From: Macrostomum lignano
Taxonomy: Eukaryota
Direction: 5' to 3'
DNA: 64,000 nt
Assembly: GCA_002269645.1 (NCBI GenBank)
Contig: NIVC01002375.1
Coordinates: 16,165 to 80,164 of the forward strand
Positions 1-12,291 of this stretch are shown here, piece by piece; the first letter of the stretch is position 1; each line of letters begins with the position of its first letter. The notes beneath the pieces were generated by a model. It did not search any database, was not told where the DNA came from, and saw only the letters and a program-made list of their open reading frames with translations. Position numbers and translations under genes: made by a program.

Positions 1-3000
1 AATCAACTAATCTGCTCTTCCCCATCCCGTTACGCCCGAAATCTGTCCTCTCGTCTTCCTCTACCTCGTCTAGTCTTCAAAGGGACTGCGTGATCGCTCC
101 CAACAACCTACGAGCTGTAGATTGGCCTCCTCCCCAGGCTCACTGCTCAGGCTGTAAAGGGCGTGGTCAGCTACTCTGCATAAAGCTAAAGTATGCACAG
201 GACACCTAGTTATACATGCGAGCCCGAATCTATACAGGTAAATGCAGGGATGGGCGGGTACAGAATGCGTGGGATGCCTGAATGGATAGCTTTAATACAG
301 CTAAAACACTAGTGACAAACACCTGCCTTTTGTCCAGGATAATCTGACAACGATATCCATTACGTACATGTATTGGAGCATTCGGGCAGCGCATGGGATG
401 CTTAATAGCCTTTATTACAAACACCTGGGCATGTATGCGCACTGACTGCAAAAGCCTCTATATACAGGCACATGTATGATCAGAAATATTTTGGGCGGGG
501 CTCAGGGGCGACTGCAGCTAGGGAGCTTACATGTACACCAGCTCCCTTACAGCAATGTGAGCTCATGGAAGCCACGCCCGATTATAAAGCCAACCATGAT
601 AAGACGGATTAAACATGTAATGCTGTATTGAAGACAGGAAGAAAGTATCATCGTAGCGTTTCACCATAGACAAAACTACTGTGTAGTTGTACTTGTATAC
701 ATGTACTAATACTAGTAATACTAGTGATACCAGTAATACGCGACTAGCTGCTCTCAAACGCAAGCATAGAGATAGATCTGTTCAAAAGTTTTACTATTTA
801 TCAACACTTCTTGGACCTTCAACAAGAGGCACCATGGGTGACTTTGGACACCCTTCTGCGAATTTCGCTGATGTATCTGATCAAGCCTCTACAGTGGGCA
901 AGCGTCAACAACTGGATCGAATCTCTGCCTGGGTGAAGGCCATGCAGTGACCAACGAAGTCAGAGCTGATGCAGACACATGTGGTCGACGTGGTGATGAA
1001 ATCTGTATGAGGCTTGGCAAGGCCGCACTGAGGCGGTCCTGGTGTATTAAACACACTAGCGCTCATGGGAAAAATCTGACTTTCCGGCAGAATCGTCGAA
1101 TATCTTGACGGTCCGGTGGGCTGGCGACAATTGATTCTTTCTTGTTTGAGAAGGTGCGCAACAAAAATTTAATTAGTCCGTACGTGTTCTTGAATTTTGT
1201 GTGCCTGTGTTGTATTCACTCTCTTGGTAGCTGTACTGCTAATGATTAACATTTCAATTCAATTGAAACAAACCGTGATCTACGAGGTTTCTAACTGGAG
1301 TGCTAAGCCCGTGACCGCTCATATATGAAGACTCCAAAAAACCAATTGCAAGTTGATTCTGAATTTGAATATAGTTAATTATTGATTTTTTTCTGTGATA
1401 CAATTGGAGCCCAAATTTTAACACAGACAAGCATTTATTTGTTGCGATTCAATGTTAAATTTTCAAGTACACATCATTTTCAATATAAATAAAATAAATT
1501 ATTTTTGTGTAAAGCAACAGCAACGAACCTACTTTCGTACTTAGCAGGCTGAGTGACATGGGCAAACTGTTTAAAAGAACATTTCTTTCTCAAAAAATAT
1601 GCACATATATGTGTATCCGCACAAATACATTTTCATAGTCAGCATTTAAATGAACATTCTGCTCACAAAAACTTCTACATACAAATCGCGGCACATTTAT
1701 GAAAATTGTGTGCAACAGTCAAATATTTTCTCGGCTAACTAAATAATGTGCATAGGAAATAAAATGTGCTCCTAATTAGATTGCACATTTCACGAATTAA
1801 ATACATTGAAATCGAATCAGCAGATGCAAATGTTTCAACGCTCTTTAACGCGCAAAGTATGCACAACAATAAATACAAGACAATAAATATAGAACTGGAC
1901 AAAAATAGGAATAAACATTCGATACATACTACTTGCACGAGAGAAGCGCTGTTAGTAGTTTCATGTGCGGCATTGGGCGTTATTTATGGTTTGCAAAAGG
2001 AAGCAATGGTAATCAGTGTCTCATTTTTGCAGGTAATTATAGTCATCTTGCATAGAACTTTGAAGCCAAAGTAAATGAAATCACTTACAAATTAGCATAT
2101 GTATTGCATAGGGAGAGCAGATAAACTAAAAATAATTTGATTTGTATCCACAATAATATACACATTTCTGGTGCTATACAAACACAAAGTTAACAGCATA
2201 TATTTGTATGTTCAGACTGTCGAAAATCATTAAAACAACTTTATTGAAAAATCAAATGGCATATATTTTTGATAACACTGTTGCAATTATTGTAACTTCA
2301 TGGGACAGATATTAAAACTATAAAACGCAACAGAAAAACTGCGGTTTTCAAGCGCGACAGGGAATGGGACAGAAAATGCCGGCTTTACCAATTCGCAAAT
2401 TATAACAAGAACGAGTTTACTTATGTTAATGCGCAACAACGAAAGATGCTCGATTGAGTGAAAGCTATATTAATTAAACCCACCTATTTATAATTATATC
2501 AAATAAATTTAGTAGACAAAAGCAAAAATATAAATATTTTCTCCTTAAGCCATTATAGTTATGAAAACCCACTTTATTTACTTTACTGAAATATTGTTAC
2601 AAACGACACTTAATAAATACACGGGCAAATAAATGTGAATAAACTATGATATATTAAAATCAAATTTTGATTATGTCGTACAAATACGTTTTTATTACTA
2701 GAAAATGCTTACATTACTTAATTTACTTATTTTTTTACTTAATCAATTCTGACGGTTTTTCGTGAACACAAAGCTGCTTAGCTTTTGTTTTAATAAATGC
2801 TACGTTGACTCGTTAACTTTCAGAGAACAGTTGCATATTTAAAACTTTACTGTATGAAACATGTACCCGTAAAAAAGTCTACATCACCCAAAGTCCGAAG
2901 ATGGTTGGTACTGAAGCAAGCACTACACAAAATTTCTAGAAATAATTGAAATACGAAAAAGGGAATGTCACCTAGAAATAACAAGCATCGGTTGTCATGA

Positions 3001-4237
3001 CTACTGAGTAATTGAGTCATATATTGTTATAAGGGCATTACGTTTCGAAAGTTAATTTGTTTGTCATGCTCCTGAGTCCTGCATAACAAATCATTATATA
3101 AGTGTATAAATAAAAGGTATTAGGTCATGCGAGGTACTAAATAATATACATACTTCTAAAAGCCGAATAGTATACAAAATTATTCTACGAAATAACAAAA
3201 TAGCTACTTAAAATAGGTAGAAGGGCAGACAGAAGCTTATTAATAAACTATAGAGAAAATATAGGCCGAAAAAGTCGCAATACTTATTATTTATATAATA
3301 TTTGCATGGCATGTCTGCAGTTACCGTCAACACTTGATAATTATATAAAGAAAGCCACAAGAATAACTTAGTTTTTATTGCATATTTCAATTATGATCTG
3401 AAAATTTACAGACGACTAGCAATAAGTTATTAATCAATATGATCATCAATGCATTCGAAATCGTCAGTTTTTAAACCACAGTTGCCGGCTTGGCAGCCAA
3501 TTGGCTCTCCAAAAAGTTGAGATCCAGCAGAGAAATTTCCTGCAACAAGTGAAAGCAACGAACAGACGTTACTTAAAATGAAATATTTATTCCATTTTCA
3601 AATTAAATTTTAAAAGTCAAACAAATCAACGATTATATTGAATTTCAATTCGAGTAGTATAAAGATAACTAAATCTTAAGTAACAACAGCTACTCGGAAG
3701 TAACAAGAAGATCCAGATTTGCTATAGAGTTTATAGAGTTTCTATTAAAGAAACTTAGTAACCAAAATGATCGAAACAATCTCTTACGAAAACAACGAAC
3801 AATTTTTCCGCAATTTAAATCTAGCCATTGCACAGCATCAAAGCTTGTAACTAAACTGATCATACAAAGAAGCCCGACTTTTTGTTTTCATAATTAGTAT
3901 TTATAATTAATGAATAATTGTGCAAAATTAGTCTGAAAATCAAAATTAACCTTTGGTTAGAAAAATTGAATTATTGCGATGCGTTTACATCGAGTGTGCT
4001 AAATAAGATTAGAAGATAAGTTAGGTAAGTTAAGTTAAGATAATTATTCAAGTAGTGTTAACAGCTTTTTTATTGCATTTTTTAGATTTGAAGTCGGTTA
4101 ATTCTTTAATTAGGTTAAATTATGCGGTCCGGTTATGGTAAAATTATTTAATTGCGATCGCAGAAAAATATACTTCCAGTGTGCACAGCCAGCACAGCTA
4201 CTGGTTAAAAAAAACATTAACAAAACTGTGCGCCAGT

Positions 4238-4450
4238 TCAATTTATGATTGTTTTAATTTTTAGCAACACGTATTTATTTAGCTTTAAAAAACGATAAGT
4301 CGCCTGCCAAAAATTTACACGGCGCAGCCGGCCGGCATGTTCAAGTGTGATTCTGCAGTAACCACATCTACATGTAGTCGTCTGAAGAGTACAAACCGAT
4401 GGATTCATCTGGCAAAGTTGCCTGCGATTCGCCAATGCTGCGCAAAGCTT
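4238..4450 (-). CDS. PLCB4: Candidate last exon of long PLC-beta isoform
   Basis: CCTTTCTAG| acceptor in phase 0, reading KLCAALANRRQLCQMNPSVCTLQ... to TGA (70 aa). Homology is not recognisable, and an alternative acceptor exists near 5581. Confidence 0.4.
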   Translation of the reverse strand, partial: KLCAALANRRQLCQMNPSVCTLQTTTCRCGYCRITLEHAGRLRRVNFWQATYRFLKLNKYVLLKIKTIIN

Positions 4451-5935
4451 CTAGAAAGGACTTATAATGCGCCAAGTCCTCGATAGGGATTGCCAACTCT
4501 TCAGCAATTTGCTGCATAAAATGATAAAAATAAGTAAATTTACCGCATGCAATTAGAATAAATGAACACTGTTAGTAGCAGGAAGATAATAAAGTTCTAG
4601 TGAGTATTTTGCTAGCTACAACTGCTAAACACTTGTTTTTTGCTATAAAAAGAATAAAGCATAGTAATAAATAATTCAGGGTAAAATTGGTAAAAAATTG
4701 TATAAAAACTAAGTTATGTACGGCTATTTTAAACGCCGATTGAATTTTAAGTGCTAAAATGCAAATAATCGGTACTGTACACGATCTTAGTTCAAAATGC
4801 ATGCCCATGCTCACTTGAAATTTGTTCTAAGAAAAAAAAATTGGGTGGTAATTCCGATTCTTAACATACACCAGGTTTCAGTCATGCCGCGTTGTTGTTA
4901 AACCAAAAAGAACACTCTTCAATACCAAACTCTACTAACAGTAGAATATTGAAAATGAAATAGGTAGTTGAAGATTTAGGGTCATTATTAAGTGAGAAAC
5001 TTTTTGGAATATTGTACACTTGTACTTTTAACTTTACTGAGAGAGAACTATTTGGAATATTGTACACTTGTACTTTTAACTTTAACTGAGAGAGAACTAT
5101 TCTAGCGAAATAACACGAACAAATTCTATCATTTTATATGGGCCACTGACTAAAATAAGCAAATAAGACGATTCTCTTAACGTCAGCGATAAGATAAGGC
5201 CACAAATGTACGCTAGTCAGGGAGAGGGTGAGGGGGAATGAATGTACATTAAGCACGTACACAGGCAAGACTGTACACTGCCCCGGGACAGTCGGAGAAA
5301 GAAAATTGACGACGATCCGAGGAGCGCGGGGAAGGGGTAGGGAGGGGAGGGGAGTGGAGCAATTAAACACTTAAGTGTGCAGTGCAGTTTTAAGGAAAAG
5401 ACGCGAAATGCTATTAACTTGCAGAGAATCTATCTTAATTCAATTTGAATCATTAATAGTGCATATGTGCCCCATTTGTTTTTATCAGCCCTATTTTTTA
5501 TTTCTAGGATTGCTTCCCTGGAGAGGCATCGTCCTTATTAAGCCATTGTAGTATGTTTACTATCGTTAAAAGAAAGTTCCTGAAAGCAATAATTCTTACT
5601 TGTCTATTTTTCCTATACCAAATAAAACAATAATTCTAGCTAACATCTAGAAGTGCCATACTGTTAATATGATTACTTTTTAGTAGGACGAGCAGAGGAA
5701 TGTAATAGATAAATTGATTGGATAAATAAACCAAGCACAGCAATTAAAGCAAGCTAAATTAATAAAAGGGTAAAGCGACAATAATCATACAGGTAAACAC
5801 TACGTCAAAAATAAAAATTAACACATACAAAACATAATGCCAAAGATAAACACAGCCACCAAAATCAGGGTAGGATATTTATTATCCAGCAATAAATTAT
5901 TTTTTTTAAACTTTCACTGACAATCTCAAACTTAC

Positions 5936-6358
5936 CTCATCCAGCGCTCGAGTAACTCGACCAACCTGCTCAGCATGCTCACGTTCCAAAGCTTCTCGTG
6001 TGTTGCTCTGTCGATTAACCAGTCGTTTGCGTTCCTCAATAAATTTCTTTGTATTGTTTTCATTCACTTCCCGGACTCGACGATCTCGTTCGGCTTTGTT
6101 TCGTATCGTCTTGTCGTTGAGCACGGCCCGGCTAGATTCCATGCTATGCTTAGTCTGTTGAGCACGCAGGTCTTTGTTCTCGCGCTCGTGCTGAGCGGTC
6201 ATGTCTTTGCGCTGGGCGGCTTGCAATTCCAGAATGACACGGCTAGCCAGTTCTCGGTGAGCTTCTAGTTGAGTACGGCGAAGTTCGTGAGCTTCGCGCG
6301 CGTGCTGCTGGGTGAGTGCGGTCCACTGGTCGGTGTGCTGAGCAACCAGTGAGCACAT
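5936..6358 (-). CDS. PLCB4: PLC-beta exon 19 (distal CTD coiled coil)
   Basis: MCSLVAQHTDQW...KTIRNKAERDRRVREVNENNTKKFIEERKRL matches PLCB4 [28 protein letters not shown]; donor |GTAAGT. Confidence 0.92.
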
Positions 6359-6684
6359 CTGCGCGTGGGTGACCGGAATGTTTTCACTGATTCAGCTATC
6401 TGAGACCTACGTCTAAATGTTTAAACCAGATTCCATTCCAGATAATGCATAATAATAACTCTAATTTGCTGCGGGCTAGTTGAGAGAGGAAAGGAGAGGG
6501 AATAGATTAGAGAGAGATGACACGAGAGGAGAGATTAGAGAGGAAGAGGGGAGAGGACAGAGCTCAGAAGAGAGCTGAGAAGAGACCTGAGAGGTGTGTC
6601 TGAAATTTTGCACGCTATTGTGGCAATTTGTGGGTGCTAAATCATTAATTTTTAAAACAACATGGTTAAAAAATCTTCGCTAAC

Positions 6685-6742
6685 CTCTTCGTTCTGTGCA
6701 TCGCGCATCTCCTTAACTGGTCCATCGGAATTGCCATTTTCC
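6685..6742 (-). CDS. PLCB4: PLC-beta exon 18 (long isoform)
   Basis: CCTTCTTTATTCCTTCAG| acceptor, ENGNSDGPVKEMRDAQNEE, |GTTAGC donor. Bridges phase 2 to phase 0. Confidence 0.75.
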
Positions 6743-7454
6743 CTGAAGGAATAAAGAAGGGTTAATAAGTACCCATATTCACTATTAGTTGCATTATTAT
6801 TAATATGCACGTTAGAATACAGAGTTAACGATAAAATAAAAGAGAAACACAAACAAACAAACAACTATAATAAGCAATTAAGTGCACTGTGAATATTAAT
6901 TAAGCGATATAGTAACTATTTACGAGCTTGTAAGGATAATTTGTTAAATTAATAAAATAAAGACTAAAAGATTCACACATTGAGCAAGCAAATTTTTAGC
7001 CTAGTTAAATTATGTAAAATTAATTTCAAGAATAAAGAATGGTAGGAATAATTGCAATCAGAGATATTTATTGGCTTTGTTTCATTGTAAATGTCAATCT
7101 CTCTCATAACTGGTTTAAAAGGGTTTTAATATTGCTAGAAATTTGCCCCTCCACTGTGGCCACTAAGTTATGGTTCTTATTGCCCAAAGTGACTCAATAA
7201 GGTGACTTATAAAATTAATAATAGAATACTAATGATGAGAAGGCAATTAAAGTGAAGCAAGCGGCAGGCAAGCACAAGAAGAGAGAGTTATTCAAAATCA
7301 GCACAGTTAGATTTAGCAATTTAAGCAGCCACTGGCGGTGAATTATTCACTTCAATTTTGCTATATTCTGTCTACTTATGAGGCTTGTTCACAGATTTTG
7401 AGAAACACTGCAGATAGACCACAATTTGCAATCTAGGGGATCCCCATGGTCATG

Positions 7455-8126
7455 GCTAGGGTTATGGCTAGGGTTATGTCTAGGGTTATGTCTAGGGTTA
7501 GGGCTATGTCTAGGGTTATGTCTAGGGTTAGGGCTATGTCTAGGGCTATGTCTAGGGTTAGGGATATGTCTAGGGTTATGTCTAGGGTTAGGGCAATGTC
7601 TAGGGTTATGTCTAGGGTTAGGGCTATGTCTAGGGTTATGTCTAGGGTTAGGGATATGTCTAGGGTTATGTCTAGGGTTAGGGCAATGTCTAGGGTTATG
7701 TCTAGGGTTAGGGCTATGTCTAGGGTTATGTCTAGGGTTATGTCTAGGGTTAGGGCTATGTCTAGGGTTATGTCTAGGGTTAGGGCAATGTCTAGGGTTA
7801 TGTCTAGGGTTAGGGCTATGTCTAGGGTTATGTCTAGGGTTAGGGCTATGTCTAGGGTTATGTCTAGGGTTAGGGCAATGTCTAGGGTTATGTCTAGGGT
7901 TAGGGCTATGTCTAGGGTTATGTCTAGGGTTATGTCTAGGGTTAGGGCTATGTCTAGGGTTATGTCTAGGGCTATGTCTAGGGCTATGTCTAGGGTTAGG
8001 GCTATGTCTAGGGTTATGTCTAGGGTTAGGGCTATGTCTAGGGCTATGTCTAGGGTTAGGGCTAGGGTTAGGGCTATGTCTAGGGCTATGTCTAGGGTTA
8101 TGGCTAAGGTTGAGGTTAGGGTTAGG
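7455..8126 (+). repeat. Telomere-like minisatellite (12- and 18-bp subunits, 30-bp higher-order unit)
   Basis: CTAGGGTTATGT and CTAGGGTTAGGGCTATGT alternate; contains GGGTTAGGG. Confidence 0.95.
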
Positions 8127-8324
8127 ATCAGCAGACAATGTGGCAGCCAAATGCTTCGAATCCCAAATTTATACAGAAAAAAACTCTCTAAAACAGACGT
8201 CCAGATCAAAGTAGCATCATTAACTAATGGATGGCCCCAACTAAGTGTATAAGGCCTAATTTGCGTGACTGTTAACTTCAATAGAAAACCAGGCAATAAG
8301 AGAACAATTATGAATGAAAAGAAA

Positions 8325-8502
8325 CTATTCAAGATCGGACCGAACAGAAGCATTCGGACTCAAAGTTGCAGACGGTGTTGCTTCTGCTTCTGCTGCAGCA
8401 TCATCAGCTGTGTTTGGCCTACGCGTTGTATTGCTAGCAGCGATGCAGCCAAACCAATTGGTGCAACCAACTGCATCCTCTGACATCGATGCTACAGAGT
8501 TG
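8325..8502 (-). CDS. PLCB4: Putative alternative terminal exon of PLC-beta (short isoform)
   Basis: TTTTGCAG| acceptor in phase 2 matching the exon 17 donor. Reads (S)NSVASMSEDAVGCTNWFGCIAASNTTRRPNTADDAAAEAEATPSATLSPNASVRSDLE then TAG. GC-richer than its flanks. Confidence 0.6.
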
Positions 8503-8900
8503 CTGCAAAATTATATGATTACAATATATATTGAATATTATTATTAGTTATTGTGTTTGTTAATGTCGTAAATCGATAAGGAAAATAAAAAAATAAATAC
8601 CTACAGGAAACCAAAATTATGCAAACTTAACAACGACTAATAATGCACACACATACATAAAATCTGCCTCATTAAAAGCATGCAATCTCAGGTGTTTTAA
8701 ACGAACGTATATAGCAAATAATAAAATTAATACTGATGTTGTCATACACTCAGAAACAAAAAGAAAATTATTTGAGATTTAAAATTAAACTTGTGTTCCA
8801 TTGGATAATATAAAATAGGCAAATGACAACACATGATTAAAATACTGCTATAGTTTATTTTGACATTTACCGGTCAAGAGAGGCACTATAAAAATACAAT

Positions 8901-9673
8901 CATACTAAACTAGATAAACACAGCCCAGGTGAGAGTGACTCATACTAAACCAGATAAACACAGCCCAGGTGAGAGTGACTCATACTAAACCAGATTAACA
9001 CAGCCCAGGTGAGAGTGACTCATACTAAACCAGATAAACACAGCCCAGGTGAGAGTGACTCATACTAAACCAGATTAACACAGCCCAGGTGAGAGTGACT
9101 CATACTAAACTAGATAAACACAGCCCAGGTGAGAGTGAGTCATACTAAACTAGATAAACACAGCCCAGGTGAGAGTGACTCATACTAAACTAGATAAACA
9201 CAGCCCAGGTGAGAGTGAGTCATAATAAACTAGATAAACACAGCCCAGGTGAGAGTGAGTCATACTAAACCAGATAAACACAGCCCAGGTGAGAGTGAGT
9301 CATACTAAACCAGATAAACACAGCCCAGGTGAGAGTGACTCATAATAAACTAGATAAACACAGCCCAGGTGAGAGTGAGTCATACTAAACCAGATAAACA
9401 CAGCCCAGGTGAGAGTGAGTCATACTAAACCAGATAAACACAGCCCAGGTGAGAGTGACTCATACTAAACCAGATAAACACAGCTCAGGTGAGAGTGACT
9501 CATACTAAACTAGATAAACACAGCCCAGGTGAGAGTGACTCATACTAAACAAGATAAACACAGCCCAGGTGAGAGTGACTCATACTAAACAAGATAAACA
9601 CAGCCCAGGTGAGAGTGACTCATACTAAACAAGATAAACACAGCCCAGGTGAGAGTGACTCATACTAAACCAG
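8901..9673 (+). repeat. 40-bp minisatellite, 19 full copies
   Basis: CATACTAAACCAGATAAACACAGCCCAGGTGAGAGTGA(C/G)T. Confidence 0.97.
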
Positions 9674-9737
9674 CGATTTAGCTAGGATTAAAAATACTAC
9701 TAGAATGAGTACTATAAAAAGCAAATAAGAGACTCAC

Positions 9738-10197
9738 GATCGTCCTTTGCTGCTCTTTTTAGACAGGTTGGCCAGAGCCTTAGTGTGCTGATTAGCCAAC
9801 CGTTCGCTCTCGGCAGTGTGAGCTTTCAGCATAACTTGCAGCTCTTTCTCTTGCCGCTTGAGCACCAGATCTAATTCTTTAGTTTGCTTTTTAATCAGCT
9901 TTTGAAACTGCTTGTCCTGACGTATAGCGTCTAGTGTGATGGGCTCCAGCCAGGAGTCTTCGCGGTTGGCGCCACCGCCAACGCCGCTGCCACCGCCTCC
10001 GCCGCCGCCGACTCCGCTGCTTGAGCCCGGAGGCATCGAGTTCGGCCTGTTCGACGTGGAACCGCCTCCACCGCCGCCTCCGCCGCTACTGTCGACGCCG
10101 CCAGTTGATGAGCCGCCGCCGCCGCCGCCTCCTGAATGGGCTTTGCTGGTCTTCTTTCGGCCGGCAGTGGTCGGCACGTCGGCTATTTCAGAGGTCT
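9738..10197 (-). CDS. PLCB4: PLC-beta exon 17 (CTD linker and first distal-CTD helix)
   Basis: ETSEIADVP (PLCB4 has ETSDIADVP), a poly-Gly/Ser insert, then KQFQKLIKKQTKELD; TGCAG| and |GTGAGT; phase 1 to 2. Confidence 0.88.
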
Positions 10198-10258
10198 CTG
10201 CATTGTTGGTTGTTTGTTGTTGTAGTTTGTTGTCATTTGTTGTCATTTTTTGTTGTTG

Positions 10259-12275
10259 CAAAGGGTTTATGAGATTCTCAAGGGTTTAGGAGGAGATTCT
10301 CAAGGGTTTGCGGGGGAGGATATTCTCAAGGGTTTAGGAGGAGATTCTCAAGGGTTTAGGGGGAGATTCTCAAGGGTTTAGGGAGGATTCTCAAGGGTTT
10401 AGGAGGAGATTCTCAAGGGTTTAGGGAGGAGATTCTCAAGGGTTTAGGAGGAGATTCTCAACGGTTTAGGAGGAGATTCTCAAGGGTTTAGGAGGAGATT
10501 ATCAAGGGTTTAGGGAGGATTCTCAAGGGTTTAGGAGGAGATTCTCAACGGTTTAGGAGGAGATTCTCAAGGGTTTAGGAGGAGATTCTCAACGGTTTAG
10601 GAGGAGATTCTCAAGGGTTTAGGAGGAGATTATCAAGGGTTTAGGGAGGATTCTCAAGGGTTTAGGGGGGATTCTCAAGGGTTTGCGGGGGAGGATATTT
10701 TCAAGGGTTTAGGAGGAGATTCTCAAGGGTTTAGGAGGAGATTCTCAAGGGTTTAGGGAGAGATTCTCAAGGGTTTAGGGAGGATTCTCAACGGTTTAGG
10801 AGGAGATTCTCAGAGGTTTAGGAGGAGATTCTCAAGGGTTTAGGAGGAGATTCTCAAGGGTTTAGGGGGGATTCTCAAGGGTTTAGGAGGAGATTCTCAA
10901 GGGTTTAGGAGGAGATTCTCAGAGGTTTAGGGAGGATTCTCAAGGGTTTAGGAGGAGATTCTCAAGGGTTTAGGAGGAGATTCTCAGAGGTTTAGGGAGG
11001 ATTCTCAAGGGTTTAGGAGGAGATTCTCAAGGGTTTAGGGAGGATTCTCAAGGGTTTAGGAGGAGATTCTCAAGGGTTTAGGGAGGATTCTCAAGGGTTT
11101 AGGAGGAGATTCTCAGAGGTTTAGGGAGGATTCTCAAGGGTTTAGGAGGAGATTTTCAAGGGTTTAGGGGGGATTCTCAATGGTTTGTGGGGGATATTCT
11201 CAAGGGTTTAGGAGGAGATTCTCAAGGGTTTAGGAGGAGATTCTCAAGGGTTTAGGAGGAGATTCTCAAGGGTTTAGGAGGAGATTCTCAAGGGTTTAGG
11301 GAGAGATTCTCAAGGGTTTAGGGAGGATTCTCAAGGGTTTAGGGGGGATTCTCAAGGGTTTAGGAGGAGATTCTCAAGGGTTTAGGAGGAGATTCTCAGA
11401 GGTTTAGGGAGGATTCTCAAGGGTTTAGGAGGAGATTCTCAAGGGTTTAGGAGGAGATTCTCAGAGGTTTAGGGAGGATTCTCAAGGGTTTAGGAGGAGA
11501 TTCTCAAGGGTTTAGGGAGGATTCTCAAGGGTTTAGGAGGAGATTCTCAAGGGTTTAGGGAGGATTCTCAAGGGTTTAGGAGGAGATTCTCAAGGGTTTA
11601 GGGAGGATTCTCAAGGGTTTAGGAGGAGATTCTCAAGGGTTTAGGAGGAGATTCTCAAGGGTTTAGGGAGGATTCTCAAGGGTTTAGGAGGAGATTCTCA
11701 AGGGTTTAGGGAGGATTCTCAAGGGTTTAGGAGGAGATTCTCAAGGGTTTAGGGAGGATTCTCAAGGGTTTAGGAGGAGATTCTCAAGTGTTTAGGAGGA
11801 GATTCTCAAGGGTTTAGGAGGAGATTCTCAGAGGTTTAGGGAGGATTCTCAAGGGTTTAGGAGGAGATTCTCAAGGGTTTAGGGGGGATTCTCAATGGTT
11901 TGTGGGGGATATTCTCAAGGGTTTAGGAGGAGATTCTCAAGGGTTTAGGAGGAGATTCTCAAGGGTTTAGGAGGAGATTCTCAGAGGTTTAGGGAGGATT
12001 CTCAAGGGTTTAGGAGGAGATTTTTAAGGGTTTAGGGGGGATTCTCAAGGGTTTGCGGGGGAGGATATTCTCAAGGGTTTAGGAGGAGATTCTCAAGGGT
12101 TTAGGAGGAGATTCTCAAGGGTTTAGGGAGGATTCTCAAGGGTTTAGGAGGAGATTCTCAAGGGTTTAGGAGGAGATTCTCAAGGGTTTAGGGGGAGATT
12201 CTCAAGGGTTTAGGGGGAATTCTCAATGGTTTGTGGGGGGATATTCTCAAGGGTTAAGGGAGGAGATCCTCAAGG
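10259..12275 (+). repeat. 21-22-bp minisatellite filling PLC intron 16
   Basis: AAGGGTTTAGGAGGAGATTCTC and AAGGGTTTAGGGAGGATTCTC; preceded by a TTG-rich tract at 10202-10258. Confidence 0.97.
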
Positions 12276-12291
12276 AGAGCCATTCCCTCAC

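Noticed and set aside
520-547. 8-bp hairpin AGGGAGCT...AGCTCCCT as a Helitron 3' end or terminator
   Set aside because: No CTRR at the expected spacing, no matching 5' end, and intrinsic terminators are irrelevant in this eukaryotic context.
687-1160. 87-aa plus-strand ORF and an overlapping open minus-strand frame in a GC-richer patch
   Set aside because: No recognisable motif, no convincing splice sites, and low-complexity start.
5006-5101. Two-copy tandem duplication of about 48 bp
   Set aside because: An ordinary local slippage product with no functional cue.
5495-5556. Plus-strand mini-exon-like segment (TTTCTAG|...|GTATGT) and an AG|GT site near 2031
   Set aside because: Isolated splice-like motifs are expected by chance in AT-rich DNA, and no partner exons were found.
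6359-6388. Alternative phase-2 acceptor at 6386 that would skip exon 18
   Set aside because: It lacks a pyrimidine tract, whereas the 6685-6742 exon has a strong acceptor and aligns better with PLCB4.
8921-9660. Consensus donor CAG|GTGAGA in every 40-bp unit
   Set aside because: It is on the strand opposite to PLC, and there is no supported plus-strand gene.
8901-9673. Regularly spaced repeats resembling a CRISPR array (also 39990-41000 and 54290-54830)
   Set aside because: There are no unique spacers, the units are contiguous, the context is a spliceosomal eukaryotic gene, and no cas genes are present.
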